In this document: positions 37,106 through 46,391 of the stretch, piece by piece
How the letters are laid out: each line of letters begins with the position of its first letter
How positions within the stretch are numbered: the first letter of the stretch is position 1
Source: an uncultured bacterium
GTDB lineage: Bacteria > Hydrothermota > Tepidihabitantia > Tepidihabitantales > JBDRVQ01
Reading direction: 5' to 3'
Assembly: GCA_964425275.1 (NCBI GenBank)
Contig: CAYRLZ010000060.1
Coordinates: 1 to 58,347 of the forward strand
DNA: 58,347 nt
Program-made: the position numbers and the translations under genes
The notes under the pieces: model-generated
Database searches by the model: none
What the model saw: only the letters and a program-made list of their open reading frames with translations
What the model was told of the DNA's origin: nothing

Positions 37106-38071
37106 ATGCCTTTGCCTCATCCGTTGAATTTAGCCCAGAAGCCAACACCAATTCAGAGAATAGAATTCCATAATCTTTTCCTCCATATTAAGCGCGATGA
37201 TTTGACCGGTTTAATCACCTCGGGCAATAAGATAAGAAAGTTAGAATTTTTAATGAGCGACGCCTTAAATAAAAAGGCGCAGGTGATAATTACCTGCGGC
37301 AATATCCAGTCAAATCATGTTCGGGCAACTTTATATGTGGCAAATCTCTTAGGATTAAAAGGGGTAGCAATCCTTAAAGGCAAGCGGCCAGAAATCCCAG
37401 AGGGAAATACCTTCTTGGATTATCTCTTTACCGACGAAGTCTATTTCTTAAACGAAAGAGAATATGAGAGGCGCGAAGAATTGGCAAAGGCAATCGGCGA
37501 AGATTATAAAAAGAAAGGTCTTAATGCCTATTTCATTCCCACGGGCGGCTCCAATGGTATTGGTGCCCTCGGTTATCTAGGGGCGATGGAGGAGATGGTC
37601 GGTTATATAAAAGAGAATGGGATAGATGCTATCTTCTGTGCGGTCGGTTCGGGCGGAACTTATGCCGGACTGCTCATTGGTAAATATTCTTTTGATATCG
37701 CGGCACCAATCTATGGAATTCTCGTTGATGAAACCCGGGAGTATTTTTTGGCCAAGGTAAAGAATATAATTAAGGAAACCGAGATTATCTTAGAAAAGAG
37801 GTTAGATATTAGGGAAGAAGATATGGTTTTCATTGAGGGCTATAAAGGCGCTGGTTATGCGATTCCTTATAAAGAAGAGGTTGCGATTATCTGGGAACTG
37901 GCCAGGAAGGGTATCCTTTTAGACCCGGTCTATACGGGAAAGGCCTTTTATGGAATGATTAAAGAGAAGAATAATTTAGGTTATCATAATCCATTATTCA
38001 TCCATACCGGCGGGATATTTTCGCTTTTCGGGTTTAAGGAAGAAATTCTAAGATACAAACCATTAGGTTAA
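37106..38071 (+). CDS. PLP-dependent D-cysteine desulfhydrase / ACC deaminase family enzyme
   Basis: SGNKIRKLEF (PLP-Lys motif of this family) and the GGSNGIG / GSGGT glycine loops. Confidence 0.8.
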   Translation: MPLPHPLNLAQKPTPIQRIEFHNLFLHIKRDDLTGLITSGNKIRKLEFLMSDALNKKAQVIITCGNIQSNHVRATLYVANLLGLKGVAILKGKRPEIPEGNTFLDYLFTDEVYFLNEREYERREELAKAIGEDYKKKGLNAYFIPTGGSNGIGALGYLGAMEEMVGYIKENGIDAIFCAVGSGGTYAGLLIGKYSFDIAAPIYGILVDETREYFLAKVKNIIKETEIILEKRLDIREEDMVFIEGYKGAGYAIPYKEEVAIIWELARKGILLDPVYTGKAFYGMIKEKNNLGYHNPLFIHTGGIFSLFGFKEEILRYKPLG

Positions 38072-38083
38072 TTCTAACGGAGT

Positions 38084-39121
38084 TCAATTATCGCCTCTTA
38101 TTAAGCGGACAAACTCCTTAACTAATCGGCCCGCCTTCTCTTTTTTAATTATTTTGCCCTTCTGGAATATGACCCCACTGTTTCGGCCGCAGGCGATGCC
38201 ATAATCGGCTTGGGAGGCCTCACCTGGTCCATTCACCTCACAGCCCATCACGGCAATCCGTAAATACCTCTTTAAGTCCTTTAACTCCCGCTTAACTTCC
38301 TTAGCCACTTTAATTAAATTAACCTCACACCGGCCACAAGTTGGGCAGGAGATAAAGATTGGTTTTATTTGGCGTAATCCTAATCCTTGCAGAATCTCAT
38401 AAGCGGCATCTACCTCCAGAACCGAATCACCGGTTAAGGAGACGCGCATCGTGTCGCCGATTCCCTCTAAGAGAAGCGGGGCTAAGGAGAGGGCACTTCT
38501 TATTCCGCCTTCAAAAGGGAGCCCGGCCTCGGTTAAGCCCAGGTGAAGGGGGTAGGGATATTTCTCTGAGATTTTCCGATTGATTTCTATCAATTCCTGT
38601 GGGATGGTGGTCTTTGCCGAGATGACGATTAAGGAGAAATGGTTTTTTTCAAATTGGTTTACCACCTTATCTAATAGAGAAAAGAGTTTATCATGATAAG
38701 AACTGGTGCGGAAGGAACCGGTGTTTAAACCAATCCTTATCGGGATTTCCTTATCCCTTGCGAGCCGACATATTTCTCGCCACTTCCATTCTTCTTTTAT
38801 ATTGGCGGGGTTAATTCTTATTTTGTCAAGACCTCTTTTTATTCCTTCAATTGCCAATTGATAATTAAAATGGATATCGCCAACTAAAGGAAGAGTAGTT
38901 TTTGCCTTTATTTTTGGGATTGCCTCTAAGTCCTCTTCATCTTTTATTGCCAGTCGGCAGATTTCGCAATTGGCCAGTTCCAATCGCTTTATCTCTTTAA
39001 CTACCTTTAACCAGTTCGCGGTTTTTGATTTGGTCATTGATTGCACACGGATTGGGTTAAAATTGCCAATTTTTATCCGGCCGATTTTAATCTCCTTGGT
39101 CGGGCGACGTTTGCTCTTCAT
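38084..39121 (-). CDS. ispG: 4-hydroxy-3-methylbut-2-en-1-yl diphosphate synthase
   Basis: Start taken at ATG 39121 (MKSKRRPTKEIKIG), which removes the overlap with murA. The CPTCGRC and GCEVNGPGE cluster motifs are present. Confidence 0.9.
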   Translation of the reverse strand: MKSKRRPTKEIKIGRIKIGNFNPIRVQSMTKSKTANWLKVVKEIKRLELANCEICRLAIKDEEDLEAIPKIKAKTTLPLVGDIHFNYQLAIEGIKRGLDKIRINPANIKEEWKWREICRLARDKEIPIRIGLNTGSFRTSSYHDKLFSLLDKVVNQFEKNHFSLIVISAKTTIPQELIEINRKISEKYPYPLHLGLTEAGLPFEGGIRSALSLAPLLLEGIGDTMRVSLTGDSVLEVDAAYEILQGLGLRQIKPIFISCPTCGRCEVNLIKVAKEVKRELKDLKRYLRIAVMGCEVNGPGEASQADYGIACGRNSGVIFQKGKIIKKEKAGRLVKEFVRLIRGDN

Positions 39122-39122
39122 T

Positions 39123-40385
39123 TTATTCTCTAACCCGTTGGATATTGGCACCGAGGGAATTTAATTTTTCTTCCAGGTTTTCATAACCGCGGTCTAAATG
39201 ATAGATCCGAGAGATGACTGTCTCCCCTTTTGCCGCAAGACCGGCAATGACCAAACAGGCACTGGCCCTTAAATCAGAAGCCATAACCGGTGCCCCGGAC
39301 AATTTTGCCACGCCATCAATTATTGCGGTATTGTCGGTTATGGTAATCTTTGCTCCGAACCGCTGCAGTTCAACCGCGTGCATCAGGCGGTCCTCAAATA
39401 TCGTCTCGGTTATCACACTCCGCCCTTGGGCCGTAGTTAAAAGCGCCATAACCTGGGCCTGCATATCGGTCGGGAAACCGGGATAAGGGGCAGTAGTAAT
39501 GGTCGTCGGTTTAAGTTCCTGGGATACGGCCACCCTGATTTTATCTTTATCTTCTTCTACCTTGACACCGCATTCTCTTAATTTCACCAGGACCGTGGTT
39601 AAGTGCTCCGGGAGGCAATTTTCAATCTCAATCTCTCCCTTGGTTATTGCTGCGGCACAGGCAAAGGTTCCGGCTTCAATCCGGTCGGGAATTGGCTGAT
39701 ATTCCACACCTTCCAATCTTTTACTGCCAGTGACTTCTATCCTGAGTGTCCCGGCACCACTTATCTTTGCCCCCATCTTATTTAAGAAATTTGCCAGGTC
39801 AACAATCTCCGGCTCACAGGCGGCACCATAGATTACCGTCTTGCCACAGGCCAAGGTTGCCGCCATTAGACAATTGGCGGTAGCACCGACCGAAGTCCCC
39901 TTGGCTCCTTCTAAGCATAGTTCCGCGCCCATTAACTGACGGGTCTCACTAATCACATAACCACCTTCTACCTTAATATCGGCACCTAAGGCTTGTAGCC
40001 CCTTTAAATGCAAATCTACTGGACGGGGACCAATGGCACAGCCACCAGGTAAAGAGACCTTTGCCCTTTTATACTTTGCTAAAAGTGGTCCTAAAACAAA
40101 AAAACTGGCCCGCATCTGGCGCACGATTTCATAACCAGCGCAGAGGTTATCTATCTTAGAGGCATCAATGATTAGGTCTTTATTTTCTCTCCTAATTTTT
40201 ACCCCGAGGGAGGTGAGGAGATTAATCATTGTTTTCACATCAACCAGATTGGGAACATTGCGCAGGCGGACCGGTGAATCGGCAAGGAGTGATGCCGCCA
40301 TTAATGGCAAAATAGAATTCTTGGCGGTAGAGACTCGGACCTTTCCCTTTAACCGGGTTTCTCCTTTAATAACAAACTTATCCAT
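39123..40385 (-). CDS. murA: UDP-N-acetylglucosamine 1-carboxyvinyltransferase
   Basis: MDKFVIKGETRLKGKVRVSTAKNS at the N-terminus, the PGGCAIG active-site Cys loop, and 420 aa. Confidence 0.95.
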   Translation of the reverse strand: MDKFVIKGETRLKGKVRVSTAKNSILPLMAASLLADSPVRLRNVPNLVDVKTMINLLTSLGVKIRRENKDLIIDASKIDNLCAGYEIVRQMRASFFVLGPLLAKYKRAKVSLPGGCAIGPRPVDLHLKGLQALGADIKVEGGYVISETRQLMGAELCLEGAKGTSVGATANCLMAATLACGKTVIYGAACEPEIVDLANFLNKMGAKISGAGTLRIEVTGSKRLEGVEYQPIPDRIEAGTFACAAAITKGEIEIENCLPEHLTTVLVKLRECGVKVEEDKDKIRVAVSQELKPTTITTAPYPGFPTDMQAQVMALLTTAQGRSVITETIFEDRLMHAVELQRFGAKITITDNTAIIDGVAKLSGAPVMASDLRASACLVIAGLAAKGETVISRIYHLDRGYENLEEKLNSLGANIQRVRE

Positions 40386-40450
40386 CCCCTATTTTCATAA
40401 AAAAATAAGATTAGTCAAGGAAGGGGGGTAGATTATTCACCGGCGGTCAT

Positions 40451-40497
40451 AGTCAATATCTCCCTTGCGGTTTTTAGAAGACTCTAAAACTCCTCTT
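40451..40497 (-). promoter_or_regulatory. Conserved element R2, second copy of the TTTTAGA-AGAC-TCTAAAA palindrome (40472-40489)
   Basis: Paralogue of 36510-36557. Lies upstream of a weak candidate murA promoter (minus strand: TTGACT = rc 40413-40418, 16 nt, GAAAAT). Confidence 0.45.
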
Positions 40498-40643
40498 TGG
40501 ATCGCCCAATCACCAAGCAAAGACCTTTAATGCCTCGTAATGCCTCGCGGAAATCACCACCAGAAAGCCCCTGCTTTCTTTAGAGGTTTAAGGTATAAAA
40601 TCATATTTTATGCCCCTGTGCCGGTTTTTATCACAAAAACCTG

Positions 40644-40835
40644 ATTTTCAATTAGACTTGGAATTAGAAAGAGAATTAGAGAGAGAATTACTAACCCAAT
40701 TAGTTAAAGAATTAGTCTGACAATTAGACACTTAATTACCCTTTCGGTTTGGCAGAGGATTAGTTAGAGAATTAGACAGTAAATTAGGCATTCAATTAGG
40801 CTGGGGATTACGTAAAGAATTAGATAATAAATTAG
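40644..40835 (-). repeat. Array A3: 16 phased 12-nt units with core CTAATT (AATTAG on the plus strand)
   Basis: ATTAG/ATTAC occurs on the plus strand at 40651 + 12n. One unit lacks the core (CAAACCGAAAGG). Confidence 0.9.
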
Positions 40836-40911
40836 ACCCAAAAGGCAACCCAGAGGGCTACCCCCTATCTTTCTTAAAAAATCAAATAAGTTATGTTAAA
40901 TCAAAGACTTA
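40836..40911 (-). other. A3 head: conserved block plus AAGATAGGGGGT, AGCCCTCTGGGT and TGCCTTTTGGGT
   Basis: About 90% identical by hand alignment to 50376-50450. Confidence 0.6.
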
Positions 40912-41005
40912 GGAGTAAAAATCGGACCTTGAAAACTATAACTATTGTTATAGAACTTTTGTTCGGGTCGTAATTAATATGTTTCCCTTGTGGTATGTGG
41001 ATATC

Positions 41006-41034
41006 TTGACAAGGGGAAAAATTTCCTCTATTAT
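41006..41034 (+). promoter_or_regulatory. sigma70-type promoter 6 nt upstream of ATG 41041
   Basis: TTGACA, 17 nt, TATTAT. Confidence 0.6.
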
Positions 41035-41040
41035 ATTTTT

Positions 41041-41544
41041 ATGAAAATCCCCAAACTTATTTATCTTTTTTTCTTTGCCCTGGTATTTGTCTCGGCGCAG
41101 AAGATTGAGACAAAGAGAGCAAAAAATTTCACCCTACCTAATATTGAGAAACAAAGGGTTACCCTTGACTCCTGCCTAAAGAAAGGTCCGGTCTTCATCA
41201 GTTTCTGGGCACTTTGGTGCAAACTCTGTATTGACGAACTGGATGCCTTTAAGGCCGTCTATGAGGAATTTGAGACCTTAGGACTTCAGGTCTTGGCGAT
41301 TTCCGAAGATGGTCCGCAAGCGACCGGAAAGATAAAGCCTTTTATCACTAATAGAAAGTGGCGCTATAATGTCCTCTTAGACCCAACGAATAAGGTGAAA
41401 AACTTATATGCGGTTAAGACAATGCCGACCAGTTTTTTGATTGATAAAAGTGGCCATATTGTCTATCAGCATACCGGATACAAAAAAGGCGATGAGAACA
41501 AAATAAGAGAAAAAATAAAGGCAATGTTTGAAAAGACTGAATGA
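41041..41544 (+). CDS. Secreted TlpA/AhpC-like thioredoxin-fold thiol:disulfide oxidoreductase
   Basis: Start at ATG 41041 (signal peptide MKIPKLIYLFFFALVFVSA). WALWCKLC redox motif. Confidence 0.8.
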   Translation: MKIPKLIYLFFFALVFVSAQKIETKRAKNFTLPNIEKQRVTLDSCLKKGPVFISFWALWCKLCIDELDAFKAVYEEFETLGLQVLAISEDGPQATGKIKPFITNRKWRYNVLLDPTNKVKNLYAVKTMPTSFLIDKSGHIVYQHTGYKKGDENKIREKIKAMFEKTE

Positions 41545-43022
41545 AGATTGGCTTAAAAAATTCCCATTTACTCTTTGCCTTTTTTTCCTTAGCGCCTTTT
41601 CTCTTTGCTCAGGAAGAATCACTTCCGGTTGTTGAGCCACCCGTTGGCTTAAATATATCTGGTTCAACCAAAACCGAATACTGGTTCTGGCTCGGAAAAG
41701 ATAGTCTAACTCGTAAAACCGAGCATTTTGAGACGAATACCTCACTCATTATTAATTACGAAAATTTTAATCTTATGGGAAATCTCTTTCTCTACGAACC
41801 TTCCCGTCCTAAGAACCCCTTACGATTGCTCGGCGGGAGTTTTGCCTACCGGACCCCTTCAATAGAACTCACCTTGGGTGATTTCTATTCCCTTTTCGGC
41901 CGAGGACTCTGTCTCCGCTCCTATTACGATGAGAATTTTCGTTATGACAAAAGACTTTTTGGCTTTCTCGCCTGGGGTGAGTTTAAGGGGCAGGAAATCC
42001 GGATCCTATCGGCTCGTCCCCAAAATATTATCTTCCGCGAAAATACCTATTCCTTGGAAAACGATACTACGGATTTATTGAGAGGGGTTGAGTTTAGTTC
42101 TTCTTTAATTCCCTATTTAGAATTGAGCGGACGTTATGTCCGTCTCAATAAGGAAAAAGACCTAACCCCCCAGGCATTTACTGAAATCTTTGGTCCGGGT
42201 CTTTTGCTTAATTACAAATCTCTTGAGTTCTATTATGAATATGCCCACAAGTTGCAGACCCGGGAGATAGTTGGCGGTCGTAAAAAAGGAAAGGGGCATT
42301 ACTTAACCCTCTCTTTTTCTTCGGCGCTCTTTGGCATTCTCTTAGAATATGAGGATTATGATTCAATTGACCTCGGGGGAACCGGATTCCGATATAATGA
42401 CCCACCGACACCAATCAAGAAAGGGATTTCCATCAATCGGGGAACCGATGAACGGGGCTTTGGCATAAATCTCCATTCATCGCTATCCTCTCTAAGATTA
42501 GAGGGAAACTATGCCTGGTTTTATACCCACAAAAAAGATAAGGGGATAAGGGAGATTCTGGGAAAGGCCGAGGTGGATTTCTTTAACCAATTTACACCGG
42601 TATTTACCTTTGAGCATCTAAAGACCACAGGGATTGAGGAAGGGAGTGTCTTCCGTCAAGAATGGAAGCCAGGGGTAGAGGTTAGTTTTAATCTGGGGGA
42701 GAAAAATTTTAAACTGGAAGGAAATGTAAATTTTGTCCGGGAAGGCAATACTTCTTACCAGGAAAGACAGTATTCTTTGTCGAGTGATGTCTTGCCAATT
42801 CTCTCTCTCAGTTTTTCCTCAGAAGAGGCAACCAAGGGAGTAAAGCGGTATGATTATCAAAAAAGATGGTTAATCGCTGAAGGCACTTTAACCTTAACCG
42901 ATAATTTATCTTTAAGGTTGCGCCTCGGACAAGAAAAGGGTGGGCTGGTCTGTTCCGGTGGTGTCTGTCGCTATGAACCGCCATTCTTTGGAATAAAGTC
43001 AGTTTTATTGATGCGCTTTTAG
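41541..43022 (+). CDS. Putative outer-membrane beta-barrel protein, function unknown
   Basis: Signal peptide, alternating beta-strand pattern, and a C-terminal aromatic residue (...LLMRF). Confidence 0.5.
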   Translation: MKIGLKNSHLLFAFFSLAPFLFAQEESLPVVEPPVGLNISGSTKTEYWFWLGKDSLTRKTEHFETNTSLIINYENFNLMGNLFLYEPSRPKNPLRLLGGSFAYRTPSIELTLGDFYSLFGRGLCLRSYYDENFRYDKRLFGFLAWGEFKGQEIRILSARPQNIIFRENTYSLENDTTDLLRGVEFSSSLIPYLELSGRYVRLNKEKDLTPQAFTEIFGPGLLLNYKSLEFYYEYAHKLQTREIVGGRKKGKGHYLTLSFSSALFGILLEYEDYDSIDLGGTGFRYNDPPTPIKKGISINRGTDERGFGINLHSSLSSLRLEGNYAWFYTHKKDKGIREILGKAEVDFFNQFTPVFTFEHLKTTGIEEGSVFRQEWKPGVEVSFNLGEKNFKLEGNVNFVREGNTSYQERQYSLSSDVLPILSLSFSSEEATKGVKRYDYQKRWLIAEGTLTLTDNLSLRLRLGQEKGGLVCSGGVCRYEPPFFGIKSVLLMRF

Positions 43023-43024
43023 AA

Positions 43025-43162
43025 ATGAGGCGGTGGCAATTTTTAATTTTTCTTTCCTTAGGAGTGTTATTACTGGCACTTGGCCTTTTTTCTTCTGGTT
43101 TTATTGAGGTTTTTAAGGCGGGTTCTCTGCTCTGTCTCTCCTGTATGGGACTTGGATTATGA
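43025..43162 (+). CDS. Possible 45-aa membrane micro-protein with a CLSC motif
   Basis: Not in the supplied track (under 60 aa). The ATG is 3 nt after the previous stop. The stop overlaps the next ATG (ATGA at 43159-43162). Sequence: MRRWQFLIFLSLGVLLLALGLFSSGFIEVFKAGSLLCLSCMGLGL. Confidence 0.35.
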   Translation: MRRWQFLIFLSLGVLLLALGLFSSGFIEVFKAGSLLCLSCMGLGL

Positions 43163-44097
43163 GGCGACATCGCTTTGGACAGATTATCTCTTTAATCCTT
43201 CTCAACTTATATATTTGGGGATTTTTTCAAAAGAATCTCATCTACACCGGGATTTTTAAGGGCTTTTTGCAACCAATCTTACACTGCTGGAGCACACCGA
43301 CGACACTTTTTTCCTGTCCGCTGGGTGCCTTTCAACACTTTATTACCCTTCATCTTCTACCACTTTATCCATTGGGTCTTATTATTTTAGTTGCCGCTTT
43401 TATTGGTCGAATGCCCTGCGGTTGGGTTTGTCCCTTTGGGCTCTTGCAGGATATTCTCTATAAAATTCGCCTTTTTCGGTGGCGACTGCCGACCTCGGTA
43501 AATCTCTTCGGTCTAATCTTGGGGATAATTGCCGGCTACTTTGCGGGTCGCTATAAATTTGATTTAGGAATTTTTGTTGGGTTGCCCTTAGCAGTCTTCT
43601 TAGGATTCATTCTGGGCAAACTTCCAATAAAATTCCCAACAAATTATCTGAAATATCTCTTCCTTTTGGTATTTGCTATCCTCCTTGCCTATTACACGAC
43701 CGAACCCTGGTTTTGCAAAATTTGTCCAGCCGGAACCTTAGAAGCGGGCATCCCTTTGGTTCTCTGGGACCCAGAAAACTATTTGAAGGCAATGGTTGGT
43801 TCTTTCTTCTATTTTAAGGTCTTTATTTTAGGATTTCTTCTAATCAATTTTTTAGCACTAAAAAGACCATTCTGTCGGGCGATGTGTCCGGTCGGGGCAA
43901 TCTATTCCCTTAGCAATCGGGTGAGCCTTTTCCATTTGGAAAAGAAAGAAATTGATTGTCGGGGATGTTCTCTTTGTGAGAAGGTATGTCCAATGGCTAT
44001 CCCGGTAAAGAAGATCCCGAAAGATTTGGATTGTATCCGTTGTTTAGAGTGTTATTATCGCTGTCCGAGAAAGTCAATCGTGATAAAGTGGGGATAG
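43159..44097 (+). CDS. Polytopic 4Fe-4S ferredoxin-type membrane protein (NapH/MauN-like)
   Basis: CPFG-type motifs in TM loops. C-terminal CRGCSLCEKVCP and CIRCLECYYRCP. Confidence 0.75.
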   Translation: MRRHRFGQIISLILLNLYIWGFFQKNLIYTGIFKGFLQPILHCWSTPTTLFSCPLGAFQHFITLHLLPLYPLGLIILVAAFIGRMPCGWVCPFGLLQDILYKIRLFRWRLPTSVNLFGLILGIIAGYFAGRYKFDLGIFVGLPLAVFLGFILGKLPIKFPTNYLKYLFLLVFAILLAYYTTEPWFCKICPAGTLEAGIPLVLWDPENYLKAMVGSFFYFKVFILGFLLINFLALKRPFCRAMCPVGAIYSLSNRVSLFHLEKKEIDCRGCSLCEKVCPMAIPVKKIPKDLDCIRCLECYYRCPRKSIVIKWG

Positions 44098-44113
44098 TTG
44101 GGTTTTAAGGAAT

Positions 44114-45013
44114 ATGTTGGGGTATGGTGGCCGCTCTTCTTTGGGGATAAAACCGAAGTGGTTAAAAACTCATTTACCCGGCGGTAAAGATTACTCTTTG
44201 GTTATAAGAACTTTAAGGGAATTAAATCTTCATACAGTCTGTGAAGAGTCCCGCTGTCCTAATCTTGGCAAGTGCTTTGGACGCCGGACGGCGACAATTA
44301 TGATTTTAGGAAAGGTTTGCACCCGGCACTGCCATTTCTGTTCGGTAAGACCAGGAAATCCCGAAAGGGTTGATGAAAAAGAACCAGAGAAGGTAGCCCA
44401 GGCCATAAAAAAATTGGGGCTAAAATATGTCGTCATCACTTCGGTTACGCGCGATGACTTAGAAGATGGTGGGGCCGGGCAATTTGCCGAAACGATAAAG
44501 GCAATCAAGAGGGTTGATGCCGAATGCCGGGTGGAGGTGCTAATTCCTGACTTTAAGGGCATTGAAGAGAGGATAGAAAAGGTCATCTCAGCTAATCCCG
44601 AGGTGATTGGACATAACATAGAAACGACAAGGGCATTGACGCCCGTCATCAGGGATAAACGGGCAAGTTATGACCTATCCCTTACCGTTTTGCGTTATAT
44701 CAACCAAAGGGCACCAGGAATAATTAAAAAGAGCGGATTGATGGTCGGTTTGGGTGAGACGGAAAGAGAAGTTATCTCAGCCTTAGAAGATTTAAGAGAA
44801 TGCGACGTAGATATTGTTACGATTGGTCAATACCTACCACCTACAAGATTTAATCCGCCGGTGAAGAAATTCTACAACGAGGCGGAGTTCAATTCCCTAA
44901 CCAAAATTGGAAAGGCGATTGGTTTTAAGGAAATTCTTGCCGGTCCTTTGGTCCGGAGTTCTTACCAAGCGGAAGAGATATTTAAGGCAATCATTAATTC
45001 TAAATCCCACTGA
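44114..45013 (+). CDS. lipA: Lipoyl synthase
   Basis: CEESRCPNLGKC and CTRHCHFC cluster motifs. Confidence 0.95.
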   Translation: MLGYGGRSSLGIKPKWLKTHLPGGKDYSLVIRTLRELNLHTVCEESRCPNLGKCFGRRTATIMILGKVCTRHCHFCSVRPGNPERVDEKEPEKVAQAIKKLGLKYVVITSVTRDDLEDGGAGQFAETIKAIKRVDAECRVEVLIPDFKGIEERIEKVISANPEVIGHNIETTRALTPVIRDKRASYDLSLTVLRYINQRAPGIIKKSGLMVGLGETEREVISALEDLRECDVDIVTIGQYLPPTRFNPPVKKFYNEAEFNSLTKIGKAIGFKEILAGPLVRSSYQAEEIFKAIINSKSH

Positions 45014-45047
45014 CTATTTTCTTAGCGAATGTCTAGCGTCAAAGATA

Positions 45048-45076
45048 TTGACAAAACTCTGGTGTTCTTGTATTAT
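45048..45076 (+). promoter_or_regulatory. sigma70-type promoter 8 nt upstream of ATG 45085
   Basis: TTGACA, 17 nt, TATTAT. Confidence 0.55.
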
Positions 45077-45084
45077 AACTTTTA

Positions 45085-46380
45085 ATGAGCAAAGAAGAAG
45101 AGGTTTTAGTTGGTGATTTAAGGGGTTTAATTCTGATACAGGGCGTTATCCTAAGCGTCCTTTTTTTTATTCCCGGAATTCTTCTTCACCTTTCTTTCCC
45201 TTATTTAATTAGTCTTTATTTAATATTCTTCCTTTTCAGTTATCTCTCGGGCGTCTTTGATACGCAATTTCCGCCGTTTTACGGTCTTAATCTAAGAACT
45301 CAGGTCTTATTCTTTTTGGCAATTGGAATCTCATTCTTGATTAAGAAGACCTTCACCTTAAATACCACTTTGCCTCTGCCTTTCTGGGTTATCTTTTGGT
45401 TTTATCTTGCGCTTTTTGAACCTGGGCTTTCTTTAATTTTTAGTCGGAAGAGAAAAATTCCGGTGCTTTTAGTTTGGGATAAGAAAACCAATCCAAAACC
45501 GAAGGTTTTGCCTGAATGTGATTTTTCCTCTCAGGAGATAATTATGGTTGAAGATTTGGCGAATTACTTAAATAAAGCTGCTGACCCCTTGGGTCGGATA
45601 AAAAAATTCCCGGCGGTAGTTATTTATAGTAAAAAAATTTCCGCTTCGCAAATTAGAGATTTGGCCAAGAGGTATCTTAGTGATTTTTACCTCTTGAAAT
45701 CTTTTAGCCTCACCAACTATTTCCTGGGGCAGAGGATGAGGCGAATAACTTCTCTTTCTCGGCTCAGTCTCTCTCTCCGTCTGAAACGGATTATTGATAT
45801 AATTCTCAGTCTTTTATTACTCACTCTCTTCTCACCCCTGCTTTTATTTTTTGCCCTCTGCATAAAATTAGATAGCCCGGGTTCGGTTTTCTATCGGCAT
45901 AAACGAATCGGACGGAATGGCCGGAGTTTCTATCTATTAAAGTTTCGCACGATGTTTCAGGATGCGGATAAGCGATTGGCGAGTGTCTTGGCCGCTAATC
46001 CCCGATTAAGAGAGGAGTTTCAACAGATTTACAAATTAAAAAATGACCCCCGGGTAACGGCCATCGGTCGCGTTTTCCGTCATTACAGTCTGGATGAAAT
46101 CCCGCAGCTAATTAATGTCCTCAAAGGCGAGATGAGTTTAGTTGGGCCGCGACCGATTGTTGAGGAGGAGATTGGCTATTATCAAAATGCCTCAATCTTA
46201 CCGTTTAAGTTTTTTCCCGGGGTAACTGGGCTCTGGCAGATTTCCGGAAGGACCGATACCACTTATGAAAAACGAGTAAGATTGGCGGAAAAATATTGTC
46301 AAGAGTGGAACCTTTGGCGTGATATTAAGATTCTCTTTAAGACGATTCCGGCGGTTCTTTCTAAAAAAGGCGCCTATTAA
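45085..46380 (+). CDS. Polyprenyl-phosphate glycosyl-1-phosphate transferase (bacterial sugar transferase family)
   Basis: N-terminal TM region. C-terminal KRIIDI...[13 protein letters not shown]...KFRTM...DPRVT...[21 protein letters not shown]. Confidence 0.85.
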   Translation: MSKEEEVLVGDLRGLILIQGVILSVLFFIPGILLHLSFPYLISLYLIFFLFSYLSGVFDTQFPPFYGLNLRTQVLFFLAIGISFLIKKTFTLNTTLPLPFWVIFWFYLALFEPGLSLIFSRKRKIPVLLVWDKKTNPKPKVLPECDFSSQEIIMVEDLANYLNKAADPLGRIKKFPAVVIYSKKISASQIRDLAKRYLSDFYLLKSFSLTNYFLGQRMRRITSLSRLSLSLRLKRIIDIILSLLLLTLFSPLLLFFALCIKLDSPGSVFYRHKRIGRNGRSFYLLKFRTMFQDADKRLASVLAANPRLREEFQQIYKLKNDPRVTAIGRVFRHYSLDEIPQLINVLKGEMSLVGPRPIVEEEIGYYQNASILPFKFFPGVTGLWQISGRTDTTYEKRVRLAEKYCQEWNLWRDIKILFKTIPAVLSKKGAY

Positions 46381-46391
46381 ATATTTTAGCG

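Noticed and set aside
40528-40547. Perfect tandem duplication TAATGCCTCG x2 between R2 and array A3.
   Set aside because: It is too short to interpret on its own and has no second occurrence in the window. I noted it only as part of the complex murA upstream region.
40644-40835. The arrays as TIGR-like tandem interspaced guide RNA arrays.
   Set aside because: No Nop-domain (Tas-like) protein or nuclease gene adjoins any of the four copies. I see no 36-nt super-period. The variable segments are shared between copies. A trans-encoded partner elsewhere in the genome cannot be excluded.
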